Counted from the stretch's first letter, positions 8,703-19,215 are shown. The stretch: 64,000 nt of DNA from Chlorobiota bacterium (GCA_026416585.1 JAOAEV010000025.1:29110-93109), one strand, 5' to 3'. Translations and numbers: made by a program. Notes: generated by a model not told the origin, from the letters alone.

Positions 8703-8859
8703 CGGATCTGATTCTGTAGTGAGACTATTCGCACACCATCTAACCATTGCAAGCGGTACTTTTGGAAAAGCAACACTTCAACGTACGGCTGCAAATTAGA
8801 CCTCCCTGCAAGAGGGGTACAATACGTACTACTACGTAATTTGCTAAGGCGGTGTCCCC

Positions 8860-9573
8860 TCAGACTTTCGTGGATTCAGTGTCGGGATGTTGCGAAGCTG
8901 TAAAATACATCGTGTGCAGCAATGCATAGCGCACAAGTGAAGCAGCATTTTTTGCGCCGAGCTTTTCCATGAGGTGTGCACGGTGTGTTTCCACTGTTCG
9001 AGGACTGATAAATAACCGCTCGGCAATTTCACTACTCGTTAGACCTTGTGCAACCAACCGAAGTATTTCTTCCTCACGTTTGGTCAGCGTCACTGTTGGC
9101 GCACGATCTTGCATCATTTGCTTTGTCTGCAATCCCTGCATCAGAGCTAAAACAGAACGCGAAAAGACCCGCTCCCCACTGACAACAGCATGCAAAGCAT
9201 GGAGTAACTCTTGACCTGTGACATCTTTCGATAGGTACCCATCTGCGCCGAGGACAAGTGCTTGTTCAAGGTAATAGCGGTCTTCAAATGTTGTGAGCAT
9301 AATAATGTAAGGTTTTCCGACAGGAACACGCGAGCGAAGTTCTTTGGCTATTTCTAATCCGTTTCGGCGGGGCATCAAGATATCCAGTAACAGTACATCA
9401 GGTTGAAGACGTTCTACCAATACAAGAGCCTCGTCACCATTGGATGCCTCTCCAACAATCTCCACTTTATTACCGGCTGCGAGCATACGCAAAAGCCCAA
9501 CTCGCGCCAGTTCATGGTCATCTGCGATTACCACACGAATTCGAACCGATCCCGTACTCGACGGTCTATCCAT
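8860..9573 (-). CDS. NarL/FixJ (LuxR-type) response regulator, orphan
   Basis: REC domain (RVVIADDH...LLLDILMP...) followed by a C-terminal LuxR HTH (LTKREEEILRLVAQGLTSSEIAERLFISPRTVETHRAHLMEKLG). No histidine kinase gene is adjacent. Confidence 0.9.
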   Translation of the reverse strand: MDRPSSTGSVRIRVVIADDHELARVGLLRMLAAGNKVEIVGEASNGDEALVLVERLQPDVLLLDILMPRRNGLEIAKELRSRVPVGKPYIIMLTTFEDRYYLEQALVLGADGYLSKDVTGQELLHALHAVVSGERVFSRSVLALMQGLQTKQMMQDRAPTVTLTKREEEILRLVAQGLTSSEIAERLFISPRTVETHRAHLMEKLGAKNAASLVRYALLHTMYFTASQHPDTESTKV

Positions 9574-9652
9574 ATCTTTTATTCGAATTGATCTCGTAGT
9601 ATAATGTCGGAATAGCGAGCAAAAAGTTTACTCCCCTCGTACCCACGCATTG

Positions 9653-9660
9653 CAAAAATA
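9653..9660 (-). promoter_or_regulatory. Bacteroidetes-type -7 box (TATTTTTG) upstream of the response regulator
   Basis: Plus strand reads caaaaata, which is TAnnTTTG on the minus strand. It lies in the 102-nt spacer, 80 nt upstream of ATG 9573. Confidence 0.3.
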
Positions 9661-9675
9661 TGACCGCGCCGGACA

Positions 9676-11613
9676 TTAGATGTGCCACGCTGTCGCTGCT
9701 GCATCGCTCGGCATTCGCCAATCAGCCCGCGGCGACAGCACGATCGAGCCAATTTTCGGTCCATCGGGCAAACACGATCGTTTGAATTGACTACTAAAAA
9801 ACTTTTCGATGAACACCTGGAACCAATTTCTGAGTTCCTGCTGCCCGTACCGGCCAGTAAATGCCCACTCCGCCAGCACCAGTATCTTCGCTGGCGAATA
9901 TCCCCACCGAATGAAGTGGTAAAGGAAAAAATCATGCACAACATAAGGTCCGAGAACATCTTCTGTGCGCTGCCGAATTGTTCCCGTTGAATCGGGTGGT
10001 AAAAGCTCTGGACTAATTGGTGTCGCCATAATTGCTTGCAACGCAGCGCGAGCTGCATCATCGGCAGCATACTCAGACCACCATTCGACGATGGATCGCA
10101 CGAGCGTCTTCGGTACACCAGCGTTGACTCCATACATGCTCATATGATCACCGCCGTATGTGGTCCAACCAAGAGCCAATTCTGATAAATCGCTTGTGCC
10201 AACCATTAGAGCGCCAAAGCGATTGGCCATATCCATAAGAATCTGTGTCCGCTCTCGAGCTTGTGCATTCTCGTACGTGGTATCGTGCTCCCCGCCGTGC
10301 CCAATATCACGCAAGTGTTGTTCAACTGCTGGGGTAATCGGAATGACAAGTACACTCACTCCCAGTGCAGTAGCTAACTGTGCGGCTTGAGACTGTGTGC
10401 GCTCACTGGAACCTGGACCAGGTAGAATTACTGCACGAATGTTTTTACGGTCGTACCCTAGCAAGTCAAACGTTTCAACGCAGACCAATAGAGCTAACGC
10501 TGAATCTAAGCCTCCGGATACTCCGATAACTACCGACTGCACTCCTGTGTGCATTAGACGTTTTGCTAAACCAGTTCGCTGGATCGTAACAATCTCCTTG
10601 CACCGCGCATGCTTCTGAGCAGGGTCTGACGGCACAAATGGCAATGCTTCTATTGCTTGCCGCGGGCGACTATCGCTCAGTTGTGGTAATACTGCAGGAA
10701 AACGCCGATACACCGTGAACCGATGTTGGCCAAACGTCGCAATACGCCGTCGGTCAAAGGCAAGTCGATCGAGATCGACATCGGCGATGACCCAACGAGA
10801 TTGAAACGAAAAGGCGCGATCCTCGGCAAGGATGATACCATTTTCCGCAATAAGGCAATGGCCACTGAACACAGTATCCGTTGTGGATTCACCAGCACCC
10901 GAAGATGCATACACGTACGCTGCAATGCATCGTGCTGATTGCATCCGAACCAAGTCTCGGCGATATTCTGCTTTCGCAAGCAACTCATTACTTGCAGACA
11001 GGTTCAGCAGTACATCAGCTCCGGCACTTGCGAGTTGTCCACTTGGTGGCTCTACAGCCCAGAGGTCTTCGCAGAGTTCAACACCGATTGTGGCTGAACG
11101 CTCGTTCACGCGCACCTCGATGAGAATATCAATACCAAATGGTACTGCACGACCATCTAACTCGATGGTTGGAAAGAAATCACCGCTGGTGGGACGGCTG
11201 AACCATCGTTGCTCGTAATACTCAGCATAATTCGGAATAAATTGCTTCGGGATTACTGCAACAATTCCCTCGCTTCCAATTGCGACTGCACAATTGTACA
11301 ATCGTCCCCACGCTCGAATCGGTGCACCTACTACAAGCAAACCACCTTCAATGCATACCAATCCGGCGAGCTCGGTCAACGCGTGCTCCGATGCATCCAG
11401 CAGTGGCGTGTGCAGCAATAAATCTCCACAGGTATAACCCACCGTTGCGAGCTCAGGAAAGACAGCAATCTGTACCCCCTCAGCACGCAGAATACGATAC
11501 GTTTCGATGATCGCTGTAAGGTTGAAATCAACATCCGCAACACGCACGGCTGGACTGGCAGCTGCCAATCGGAGATAACCGTATGCAGAGAGATTCACAC
11601 CTGAACGCTCCAT
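9676..11613 (-). CDS. nadE: glutamine-dependent NAD+ synthetase
   Basis: 645 aa. N-terminal CN-hydrolase domain followed by an NAD synthetase domain (SGGLDSALAL P-loop-like motif). Confidence 0.93.
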   Translation of the reverse strand: MERSGVNLSAYGYLRLAAASPAVRVADVDFNLTAIIETYRILRAEGVQIAVFPELATVGYTCGDLLLHTPLLDASEHALTELAGLVCIEGGLLVVGAPIRAWGRLYNCAVAIGSEGIVAVIPKQFIPNYAEYYEQRWFSRPTSGDFFPTIELDGRAVPFGIDILIEVRVNERSATIGVELCEDLWAVEPPSGQLASAGADVLLNLSASNELLAKAEYRRDLVRMQSARCIAAYVYASSGAGESTTDTVFSGHCLIAENGIILAEDRAFSFQSRWVIADVDLDRLAFDRRRIATFGQHRFTVYRRFPAVLPQLSDSRPRQAIEALPFVPSDPAQKHARCKEIVTIQRTGLAKRLMHTGVQSVVIGVSGGLDSALALLVCVETFDLLGYDRKNIRAVILPGPGSSERTQSQAAQLATALGVSVLVIPITPAVEQHLRDIGHGGEHDTTYENAQARERTQILMDMANRFGALMVGTSDLSELALGWTTYGGDHMSMYGVNAGVPKTLVRSIVEWWSEYAADDAARAALQAIMATPISPELLPPDSTGTIRQRTEDVLGPYVVHDFFLYHFIRWGYSPAKILVLAEWAFTGRYGQQELRNWFQVFIEKFFSSQFKRSCLPDGPKIGSIVLSPRADWRMPSDAAATAWHI

Positions 11614-11632
11614 ATAGAATGCTTATTAAAAG

Positions 11633-11640
11633 CAAAGTTA
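11633..11640 (-). promoter_or_regulatory. -7 box (TAACTTTG) for nadE
   Basis: Plus strand reads caaagtta. It lies 20 nt upstream of ATG 11613 and downstream of the tRNA terminator. Confidence 0.4.
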
Positions 11641-11649
11641 GACAATAAT

Positions 11650-11682
11650 AAACAAAAGCGCCCGCTGCACAAAGCGGCGGGC
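11650..11682 (-). terminator. rho-independent terminator after tRNA-Pro
   Basis: 9-bp stem gcccgctgc / gcggcgggc with loop acaaa (11659-11681). On the minus strand it is followed by TTTTGTTTATT. Confidence 0.7.
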
Positions 11683-11690
11683 ACTTCCGG

Positions 11691-11764
11691 TCGGAGTGGC
11701 GGGATTTGAACCCGCGACCACACCCACCCCAAAGGTGTGCGCTACCGGGCTGCGCTACACTCCG
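11691..11764 (-). tRNA. tRNA-Pro (anticodon GGG)
   Basis: I folded a 74-nt cloverleaf by hand. Acceptor CGGAGTG/CACTCCG; D arm GCGC-AGCCCGGTA-GCGC; anticodon arm CACCT-TTGGGGT-GGGTG; T arm GCGGG-TTCAAAT-CCCGC; discriminator A. The 3' sequence is CCG, so CCA is not fully encoded. Confidence 0.9.
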
Positions 11765-11781
11765 AACGCTACAAAAATACT

Positions 11782-12984
11782 TCATGCCACTGGTTGTATC
11801 CTTCTCCGTCGTCGCACCCACCACAGCAGAAATGGAATACACGCCACACACAGTGCCGCAGTCCCAAACATTGGACGTAACCCAACATGAGCTGCAATCA
11901 ATCCACCAAGTGGTGGTGCCACAAGATTACCAAGCAACATAGCACTCGATGCCAGTGACATCATCCCACTCTGACGTCCGTTAGGTATACGGGTGCTAAC
12001 AAAAGTATTGAGTGCTGGTACTAATCCTGCAAGTGCAATTCCCAATATTGTCCTCGCCACAAAAACAACTGTAACTGCATCGGCTACTGCATGTGCAACA
12101 AGCGCAACCATTGCCACCGCAGCACTCCACTGCACTACTGATCGTGCTCCCCTACGATCTACTTGTTTGCCGATTATGGGCGCAGCGATGAGTGTACTCA
12201 AACCAGTAATCCCCACAACGATGCCTGTTACAATTTGTAACTGGGATTCTTTGACACCGAGCTGTTCAAGATAAAATGGCATTTGCGGGCTCGGCATAAC
12301 CGTACCCATCTGCGAGAGTACAATACATGCAAGAGCAATCGCAAAGCCGGGGATTTCCCATGCTACATAGAGATTTTCGAGTGCACTGATACGCCTTGTC
12401 GCCGGGATATTTTCACGATTGCGCTCCTGTACAAAAGCAATAACAATCACACCGCTAATAACACTGAGGACACCCATTGCCCAGAACACCACGCGCATGC
12501 CAGCAAATTGTGATATGATACCACCAAAGAATGGACCAATGACTGCACCGACTGACTGTGATGTTTGCAGCATACCAATTGCATAGCCACGATGTGCTGC
12601 AGGCGTTTCTGCAACGATGAACCCAAGTGCTGCAGAGATGAAACCACTGATTGCACCCTGTACCAGCCGCCAGAGAAACAATTCCTCAACATTCCGCGAA
12701 AACCCCATCAACGCCAGTGCGATCGCGATACCAAACACAGCGCGGATGACCATCGTCTTGCGGCTATATCGATCGGCAAGTGCGCCCCAAATCGGCTGCG
12801 CAACAATAGCGGTCAAAAATGGTGCTGAAAAAACATACCCGCTCCAATGATGCGCTGCGACTGGATCAACGACCCCAAGCTCACGAATGAACAGTGGCAG
12901 GAACGGCACAACGGCGCTCATTCCGATCATCGCTAGGACTTGAGCCGACCAGAGAGACCAAAGATTTTTCCGCCACTGCTCCAT
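11782..12984 (-). CDS. MFS transporter (DHA1-like)
   Basis: 400 aa with about 12 hydrophobic segments and typical MFS loop motifs (GALADRYSRK). Confidence 0.85.
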   Translation of the reverse strand: MEQWRKNLWSLWSAQVLAMIGMSAVVPFLPLFIRELGVVDPVAAHHWSGYVFSAPFLTAIVAQPIWGALADRYSRKTMVIRAVFGIAIALALMGFSRNVEELFLWRLVQGAISGFISAALGFIVAETPAAHRGYAIGMLQTSQSVGAVIGPFFGGIISQFAGMRVVFWAMGVLSVISGVIVIAFVQERNRENIPATRRISALENLYVAWEIPGFAIALACIVLSQMGTVMPSPQMPFYLEQLGVKESQLQIVTGIVVGITGLSTLIAAPIIGKQVDRRGARSVVQWSAAVAMVALVAHAVADAVTVVFVARTILGIALAGLVPALNTFVSTRIPNGRQSGMMSLASSAMLLGNLVAPPLGGLIAAHVGLRPMFGTAALCVACIPFLLWWVRRRRRIQPVA

Positions 12985-12989
12985 TCGAG

Positions 12990-13964
12990 CTACGCGGTAG
13001 CCTCAGCTGAGTGCCGGATGTTTTCGAGCCAATGCGTTGCATCAATTGCCGCCATGCACCCACTACCAGCAGCTGTAATTGCTTGCCGATATATGTGGTC
13101 TTGGACGTCACCGCAAGCAAAAACCCCCTCGATGGATGTACGTGTTGATTTACAGTTGGTGACAATGTACCCACCATCATCCATCTCGAGTGCGCCCTGG
13201 AAAATCTCCGTATTTGGCTTGTGCCCTATTGCGACGAATGCTCCATCAAACGGTTCAACCCAGATATCACCAGTCACAACATTACGGAGCTGCAAGCCTG
13301 TCAAACGTCGGATACCTGTCGAGAGTGTTTCACCAAGAAACTCTTCGACAACAGTCGAGGTTACCCACCGAATCTTTTCGTTAGAACGCGCTCGATCGAG
13401 CATAATTTTCGAGGCACGGAATTCCTCACGGCGATGAATAATCACAACCTCAGAAGCAAAACGAGTCAAGTACAACGCTTCTTCCATCGCCGTATCTCCA
13501 CCTCCAATCACGGCAACGCGCAAATTGCGGAAGAAAAATCCATCACACGTTGCACACGCCGACACACCGTAGCCCATGTATTCTGTTTCGCCTGCGACAC
13601 CCAGCATCTTGGCGCTGGCACCAGTTGCGACAATCAATGCATCAGCCGTATAGCGGCGATCACGGTCCGTTGCAATGAGGAATGGACGCCGGTCGAGCGC
13701 CACCTCTGTGACGTGCTCAAAAATGGACTCTGCACCGAACCGTTGTGCTTGTTTGCGCATGATGTCCATCAACTCTGGACCCATGATACCGTTTTCAAAG
13801 CCAGGGTAATTCTCTACTTCGGTCGTGATCGTCAATTGCCCACCCGGTTGATTGCCCTCAAAGACAAGAACATGCAGTTGCGCACGTGCAGCGTAAAGGG
13901 CTGCCGTTAGCCCAGCCGGTCCGGAACCGATGATAGCAATGTCCGTATGACGAATCTCATTCAT
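12990..13964 (-). CDS. trxB: thioredoxin-disulfide reductase
   Basis: GSGPAG FAD motif, redox-active CATCDG, GGGDTAMEEA NADPH motif. Confidence 0.95.
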   Translation of the reverse strand: MNEIRHTDIAIIGSGPAGLTAALYAARAQLHVLVFEGNQPGGQLTITTEVENYPGFENGIMGPELMDIMRKQAQRFGAESIFEHVTEVALDRRPFLIATDRDRRYTADALIVATGASAKMLGVAGETEYMGYGVSACATCDGFFFRNLRVAVIGGGDTAMEEALYLTRFASEVVIIHRREEFRASKIMLDRARSNEKIRWVTSTVVEEFLGETLSTGIRRLTGLQLRNVVTGDIWVEPFDGAFVAIGHKPNTEIFQGALEMDDGGYIVTNCKSTRTSIEGVFACGDVQDHIYRQAITAAGSGCMAAIDATHWLENIRHSAEATA

Positions 13965-14021
13965 AGCACGATAAACTCATGAGTGCAGGAATAATACGAT
14001 GCACTACGGCGATGTAGCGAT

Positions 14022-16538
14022 TCAGTTGAGCTGATGCACCGGCATGCCGTCGGCACTCGCAGTATCAGGCTCGTTTGGTTCGGAGCCGTTCGATTCGTCA
14101 GAGTCGTTGTCTTGCGGTGCAACTGCGATGTCGGCGATTTCTTCACCATCCTCGAGCCGAATCAACCGCACTCCTTGTGTATTACGGCCAATAAGACGAA
14201 TCTCACGAGCCGGTTGACGAATCAGTCGCCCATTCTTAGTGATGACCACCAGATCATCGTCGTCAGTGATTTCGAGAAGCGCTACAACATTGCCAGTTTT
14301 TTCGGTGATATTCATCGAGATGACACCTCTGGCACCGCGTCGCGTCAAGCGAAAATCTTGATACCGCGTGCGTTTGCCATATCCTTTTTCACTGACAACT
14401 ACCACTTGTGTATCCGGGTGTTTGATAGCGACCATTGAAACGACGTAGTCACCGCCATCGAGCTTGATACCTCGTACGCCAGCAGCATTGCGCCCCATCG
14501 AACGGACATCATTTTCGCGGAACCGGCATGCCATACCATGATGCGTTCCAATAATAATGTCGCATGTTCCATCGGTCAAGCGCGCATCAAGCAAAACATC
14601 ACCCTCGTCAAGTGTAATCGCAATCTTGCCGCTGGAGCGAACGCTTTCGAATTCCGACAGAACCGTTTTCTTGACCACTCCTTGACGCGTACACATAAAG
14701 ATGAACTTATCGGATGAAAATTCTCCCTTCACGAGCAGATGTGCTGTTATCCGCTCGCCGGATTCAACGTTAACAATGTTAGCTATTGAACGACCTTTCG
14801 CAGTACGTCCGCCTTCAGGAATATCGTATACCTTGATGCGGAACACACGCCCACGATCAGTGAAAAACAGCAAGTAATCATGGGTTGAGGCTCGAAGCAA
14901 GTGTTGGACAAAGTCGTCATCGTAGGTACCGGCACCGCTCAACCCTTTACCGCCTCGCCCTTGGCGACGAAAGCTCGACAGCGGCGTTCGCTTGATCATC
15001 CCTTTCCGCGAAATGGTCACAATGACGTCTTCATTAGCAATCATGTCCTCGATAGTAAACTCGCGTGCATTATAGACGATATCGGTGCGACGCTCATCCC
15101 CGTACTTGTCGGCAATTTGAGCAAGTTCATTGCTGATAACCTGCAGTTGCAGTTCCTTGCTTGCAAGAATCGCGCGGAGCCGCTCGATCGTTTTGAGCAA
15201 CTCCCGATATTCCTGCTGAATTTTCTCACGCTCCAACCCAGTCAATCGCTGGAGCCGCATGTCGAGAATAGCTTTCGCCTGAATTTCGGTCAGTCCGAAT
15301 CGCTCTTGGAGTCGCACCGATGCAATGTCTGGTGTTTCCGATTTCTTAATCGTCTCGATAACAGCATCGATGTTGTCGAGTGCAATGATGAAGCCTTCGA
15401 GGATATGCGCACGTCGCTCAGCTTGGTCAAGTTCATACTGCGTGCGACGAACAACAACTTCGTTGCGGAATTCGAGAAAATGTTCGAGCAGGTGACGCAA
15501 CGTGAGCAATTTCGGGCGTCCGCCGACTAATGCGATCATATTCGCAGCAAACGTTGTCTGTAGCTGCGTCTTTTTGTACAGATTGTTGAGAATAACGCGA
15601 GGTATTGCATCGCGGCGCAATTCGAGTACAACGCGGATCCCATCGCGGTCAGACTCATCACGGATATCAACAATCCCATCGAGCGATTTATTGCGTACCA
15701 AATCAGCAATTTTTTCGATGAGGCTTGCTTTGGTTACACCAAATGGAATCTCCGTGATGACGATAGATTCTTTCCCTGACTTTGCTACTTCGATCGTAGC
15801 ACGCGCACGCACAACAATCGAGCCACGGCCCGTGAGATATGCCTCCCGAATCCCTTCGTAGCCATAGATGATACCACCGGTCGGAAAGTCCGGTGCCTTG
15901 ACATATTGCAGTAACTCTTCGTCGCTCAGCTGTGGAGTAGCGATCAGTGCTTGGAGTGCCGAGACGATTTCGCGGAGGTTGTGTGGTGGAATTTTTGTGC
16001 TCATCCCAACGGCAATGCCTTCCGCCCCATTGACCAGCAACAGCGGCACGGCTGTTGGAAGTACTTTAGGCTCCTGAAGAGATTCGTCGAAGTTTGGGCG
16101 AAAGTCAACAGTGTTTTTCTCGATATCCCGCAGCACTTCGATCGCGATGGGTGCCAACCGCGCTTCAGTGTATCGCATTGCTGCGGGAGGGTCGTTATCA
16201 ATCGAACCAAAATTGCCCTGCCCGTCAACAAGTGGATAGCGCATCGCCCATTCTTGCGCCATGCGGACCATCGCATCGTACACCGACGCATCCCCGTGGG
16301 GATGGTACTTACCGAGCACGTCCCCGACCAATCGCGCAGACTTACGATACGGACGGTTTGGTAACAACCCGAGTTCATTCATTGCATAGAGAATCCGCCG
16401 CTGTACCGGTTTGAGTCCATCGCGTACATCCGGCAAAGCACGCGCGATGATAACCGACATAGCGTAATCGAGATACGCCGATCGCATTTCATCTTCAAAG
16501 AGCACAGGGACAATATGTCCAGAGCGGGAAATGTCCAT
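14022..16538 (-). CDS. gyrA: DNA gyrase subunit A
   Basis: 838 aa. Contains [12 protein letters not shown] and GKYHPHGD motifs, the active-site region AAMRYTE, and C-terminal beta-pinwheel repeats. Confidence 0.97.
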   Translation of the reverse strand: MDISRSGHIVPVLFEDEMRSAYLDYAMSVIIARALPDVRDGLKPVQRRILYAMNELGLLPNRPYRKSARLVGDVLGKYHPHGDASVYDAMVRMAQEWAMRYPLVDGQGNFGSIDNDPPAAMRYTEARLAPIAIEVLRDIEKNTVDFRPNFDESLQEPKVLPTAVPLLLVNGAEGIAVGMSTKIPPHNLREIVSALQALIATPQLSDEELLQYVKAPDFPTGGIIYGYEGIREAYLTGRGSIVVRARATIEVAKSGKESIVITEIPFGVTKASLIEKIADLVRNKSLDGIVDIRDESDRDGIRVVLELRRDAIPRVILNNLYKKTQLQTTFAANMIALVGGRPKLLTLRHLLEHFLEFRNEVVVRRTQYELDQAERRAHILEGFIIALDNIDAVIETIKKSETPDIASVRLQERFGLTEIQAKAILDMRLQRLTGLEREKIQQEYRELLKTIERLRAILASKELQLQVISNELAQIADKYGDERRTDIVYNAREFTIEDMIANEDVIVTISRKGMIKRTPLSSFRRQGRGGKGLSGAGTYDDDFVQHLLRASTHDYLLFFTDRGRVFRIKVYDIPEGGRTAKGRSIANIVNVESGERITAHLLVKGEFSSDKFIFMCTRQGVVKKTVLSEFESVRSSGKIAITLDEGDVLLDARLTDGTCDIIIGTHHGMACRFRENDVRSMGRNAAGVRGIKLDGGDYVVSMVAIKHPDTQVVVVSEKGYGKRTRYQDFRLTRRGARGVISMNITEKTGNVVALLEITDDDDLVVITKNGRLIRQPAREIRLIGRNTQGVRLIRLEDGEEIADIAVAPQDNDSDESNGSEPNEPDTASADGMPVHQLN

Positions 16539-16582
16539 GAACAGTCCGAAAAAGCTGAAAAAATCGTATGCCTAACGCGTCG

Positions 16583-16590
16583 CAAAAATA
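16583..16590 (-). promoter_or_regulatory. -7 box (TATTTTTG) for gyrA
   Basis: Plus strand reads caaaaata, 45 nt upstream of ATG 16538, in a 143-nt spacer. Confidence 0.4.
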
Positions 16591-16681
16591 CCGAATTTTA
16601 CGTCATCTTAAGAGAAGATACCCCCACGACATACGTGGGCATTCCCTTGCTACGCCACATACACGCAAGCTGGAACTTCCC

Positions 16682-19171
16682 TTATCCAGTGCGGTGGTAC
16701 GATGGATCATAGAACTTTGGATACCGCTGCGGATTCGCTTCATGCATAAGCTCGTAGGCAGCACGGAAGATATGTTCTGCTTCAGGTTTTGACCAATAAT
16801 TACCGTCGGTACCGTATGCAGGACGGTGTTCTGCCGCCGATACGGTCCGTGGCAGTGAATCGAGGTAGAGGTAGCCATGTTGCCGCTCGATAACCTGCTG
16901 AAGCATATACGCAGTAGTTCCGCCCGGTACATCTTCATCAACGAACACAATGCGCCCCGTTTTCTTGAGCGAATCAACAATCACTCCCGCCCGATCGAAT
17001 GGAATGAGTGTCTGAACGTCAATCACTTCGGCACTGATGCCGCACAGTTGGAGCTGCTCGGCCGCTTTCAATGCTATCCGGCACAGCGCACCATAGGTGA
17101 CAATTGTTACATCGTCCCCAAAGCGGAGTATTTCGGGGACTCCGAGAGGGATAGTAAACTCACCGATATTGTCAGGCAAGCGTTCCTTAAGTCGGTAACC
17201 ATTGAGTACCTCGACAATCAGTGCGGGCTCGTCACTGCGAAGGAGCGTATTGTAGAAACCTGCAGCACGCGTCATATCTCGTGGGACACACACATACATG
17301 CCGCGCACCAAATTGATGATGCCTGCCATCGGTGAGCCGCTGTGCCAGATACCCTCCAAACGGTGACCGCGCGTCCGCACAATCACTGGTGCTTTTTGTC
17401 CACCTTTGGTGCGCCACTGTACAGTCGCTAGATCATCGCTCATAATCTGCAAAGCATACAGCAGGTAGTCAAGGTACTGCACTTCCGCGATAGGACGCAA
17501 GCCACGCATTGCCATACCGATAGCTTGCCCGACGATTGTGCATTCACGAATCCCTGTATCGCTGACGCGCAGCGGGCCGAATACCTGCTGAAGTCCAGCA
17601 AAACCTTGATTAACATCTCCAAGCCGTCCAACATCCTCACCGAAAGCAATCACGCGGGGATCTCGCTGGAGCCAGTAACGGAAATTCGCGTTGAGAATCT
17701 CGAATCCATTGACAAGAGGGGACGATTCCGAATAGACTGGCTCGACGACAGGAACCAGTTCTGCGCGTTCATTCGACTGGCTGTACAGGTACGAGCTGTA
17801 GCGTTCCTGTTGGAGCTGTTGCATGCGGTCTTGCCATTCGATAAGTCGTACTGCCGATGGCAGCGGCTCGTTATATGTCAAGCAAAGCGCCTCATGGATT
17901 GCCGCAAAATAGTCGGCGCGGAATGGTTCACGCAGCGAGCGTAGCTGATCAAGTACCGGTTGAAATTTCGCAGGCGATTGGCTCTCCTGTTGCATTGCCT
18001 CGATCAGCGCAGTGACCTCCCCCAGTTCGGTGCGAATTGGCGTAATGTAGTCGTTCCAGGCTTGTTCTTTTGCAGCAGTCGTCTCCTCTTCGGCATTCTG
18101 CTCAGTGGAAACGATTTCTTCTTCCGTTGCAATGCCACTGGCGAGAATCCATTGTCGCATGCGACGATTGCAATCATGTTCAGTTTCCCAGTGGAGCCGT
18201 TCCTTGGACTTATAGCGCTCATGAGAGCCAGACGTTGAATGACCCTGCGGCTGCGTGAGTTCTACCACATGGATAATAGCTGGGAAGCCCTCGGTACGGA
18301 CGCGCTCGGCAGCATACGCATAGAGTGCGACCAGACGTGGATAATCCCACCCCGGAACAGTGTAGATGTCAAATCCCTGCTGATCACCGTCGCGACGCTG
18401 AAAGCCACGCAGAATCTCGCTCAGGTTACCCTTCGTGATTTGATATTCATTGGGGACAGAGATGCCGTACTCATCATCCCATATCGAGATGATTGCTGGC
18501 GCTCTCAGAACCCCAATTGCATTGATTGCTTCCCAGAACATCCCTTCAGCACAGCTGGCATTACCGATGGTACCCCATGCAATTTCGCGCCCTCTCCGCG
18601 AAAACTCAGGGAAGTCGTGCAGCTCCGGAATCTCGCGATACAAACGTGATGCATATGCCAAACCCACAAGACGCGGCATTTGCGAACCAGTTGGTGAAAT
18701 GTCTGCCGAGGAATTCTTCATCGTTGTAAGAGGCTTCCACGCACCGTCTGAGGTGAGCATCCGAGTCGCAAAATGTCCATTCATCGAGCGTCCTGCCGAT
18801 GCAGGTTCCTTCCCGACGTCGGCTATCGCATACAACTGTGCAAAGAACTCTTGAATCGTCGCCATGCCGGCTGCAAACATGAATGTCTGGTCGCGGTAGT
18901 AGCCTGCACGAATATCCCCGGGTTCAAATGCACGCGCCATCGCTACTTGCGGTACTTCCTTGCCGTCACCGAAGATGCCGAACTTGGCTTTGCCCGACAG
19001 CACCTCACGCCGTCCGATAAGACTCGCCTTTCGACTTGCGACGCAGAGTGCATAATCGCGCAAGATGTCTTTTTTCGACGGCAAATACTGTTCTACTGCC
19101 AATTGTAGTAGATGCCCATTAGCAGTTTCAATTGTCGCGATGCCATCGGTATGCGTCTTGGCGTGCGCCAT
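16682..19171 (-). CDS. fused 2-oxoacid dehydrogenase E1 component (alpha/beta)
   Basis: The TPP-binding alpha part and transketolase-like beta part lie in one ORF. Start moved to ATG 19171 (MAHAKTH...) because a -7 box lies inside the longer ORF, 37 nt upstream. Confidence 0.88.
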   Translation of the reverse strand: MAHAKTHTDGIATIETANGHLLQLAVEQYLPSKKDILRDYALCVASRKASLIGRREVLSGKAKFGIFGDGKEVPQVAMARAFEPGDIRAGYYRDQTFMFAAGMATIQEFFAQLYAIADVGKEPASAGRSMNGHFATRMLTSDGAWKPLTTMKNSSADISPTGSQMPRLVGLAYASRLYREIPELHDFPEFSRRGREIAWGTIGNASCAEGMFWEAINAIGVLRAPAIISIWDDEYGISVPNEYQITKGNLSEILRGFQRRDGDQQGFDIYTVPGWDYPRLVALYAYAAERVRTEGFPAIIHVVELTQPQGHSTSGSHERYKSKERLHWETEHDCNRRMRQWILASGIATEEEIVSTEQNAEEETTAAKEQAWNDYITPIRTELGEVTALIEAMQQESQSPAKFQPVLDQLRSLREPFRADYFAAIHEALCLTYNEPLPSAVRLIEWQDRMQQLQQERYSSYLYSQSNERAELVPVVEPVYSESSPLVNGFEILNANFRYWLQRDPRVIAFGEDVGRLGDVNQGFAGLQQVFGPLRVSDTGIRECTIVGQAIGMAMRGLRPIAEVQYLDYLLYALQIMSDDLATVQWRTKGGQKAPVIVRTRGHRLEGIWHSGSPMAGIINLVRGMYVCVPRDMTRAAGFYNTLLRSDEPALIVEVLNGYRLKERLPDNIGEFTIPLGVPEILRFGDDVTIVTYGALCRIALKAAEQLQLCGISAEVIDVQTLIPFDRAGVIVDSLKKTGRIVFVDEDVPGGTTAYMLQQVIERQHGYLYLDSLPRTVSAAEHRPAYGTDGNYWSKPEAEHIFRAAYELMHEANPQRYPKFYDPSYHRTG

Positions 19172-19207
19172 GCAGTCATGCCACAGGGTGGGACAATGCG
19201 AGCCAGG

Positions 19208-19215
19208 CAAAGATA
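19208..19215 (-). promoter_or_regulatory. -7 box (TATCTTTG) for the E1 gene
   Basis: Plus strand reads caaagata, 37 nt upstream of ATG 19171. Confidence 0.4.

Noticed and set aside
5922-8747. Tail-fibre-like gene as evidence for a prophage.
   Set aside because: There are no capsid, portal, terminase, baseplate, lysis or integrase genes in the neighbourhood. The protein has a Sec signal peptide and is embedded in an operon of other secreted proteins. A phage module beyond position 1 cannot be excluded.
9676-11764. Genomic island integrated at the 3' end of tRNA-Pro.
   Set aside because: The gene next to the tRNA 3' end is housekeeping nadE. No integrase or direct repeat of the tRNA 3' end was seen, and there is no obvious compositional shift by eye.
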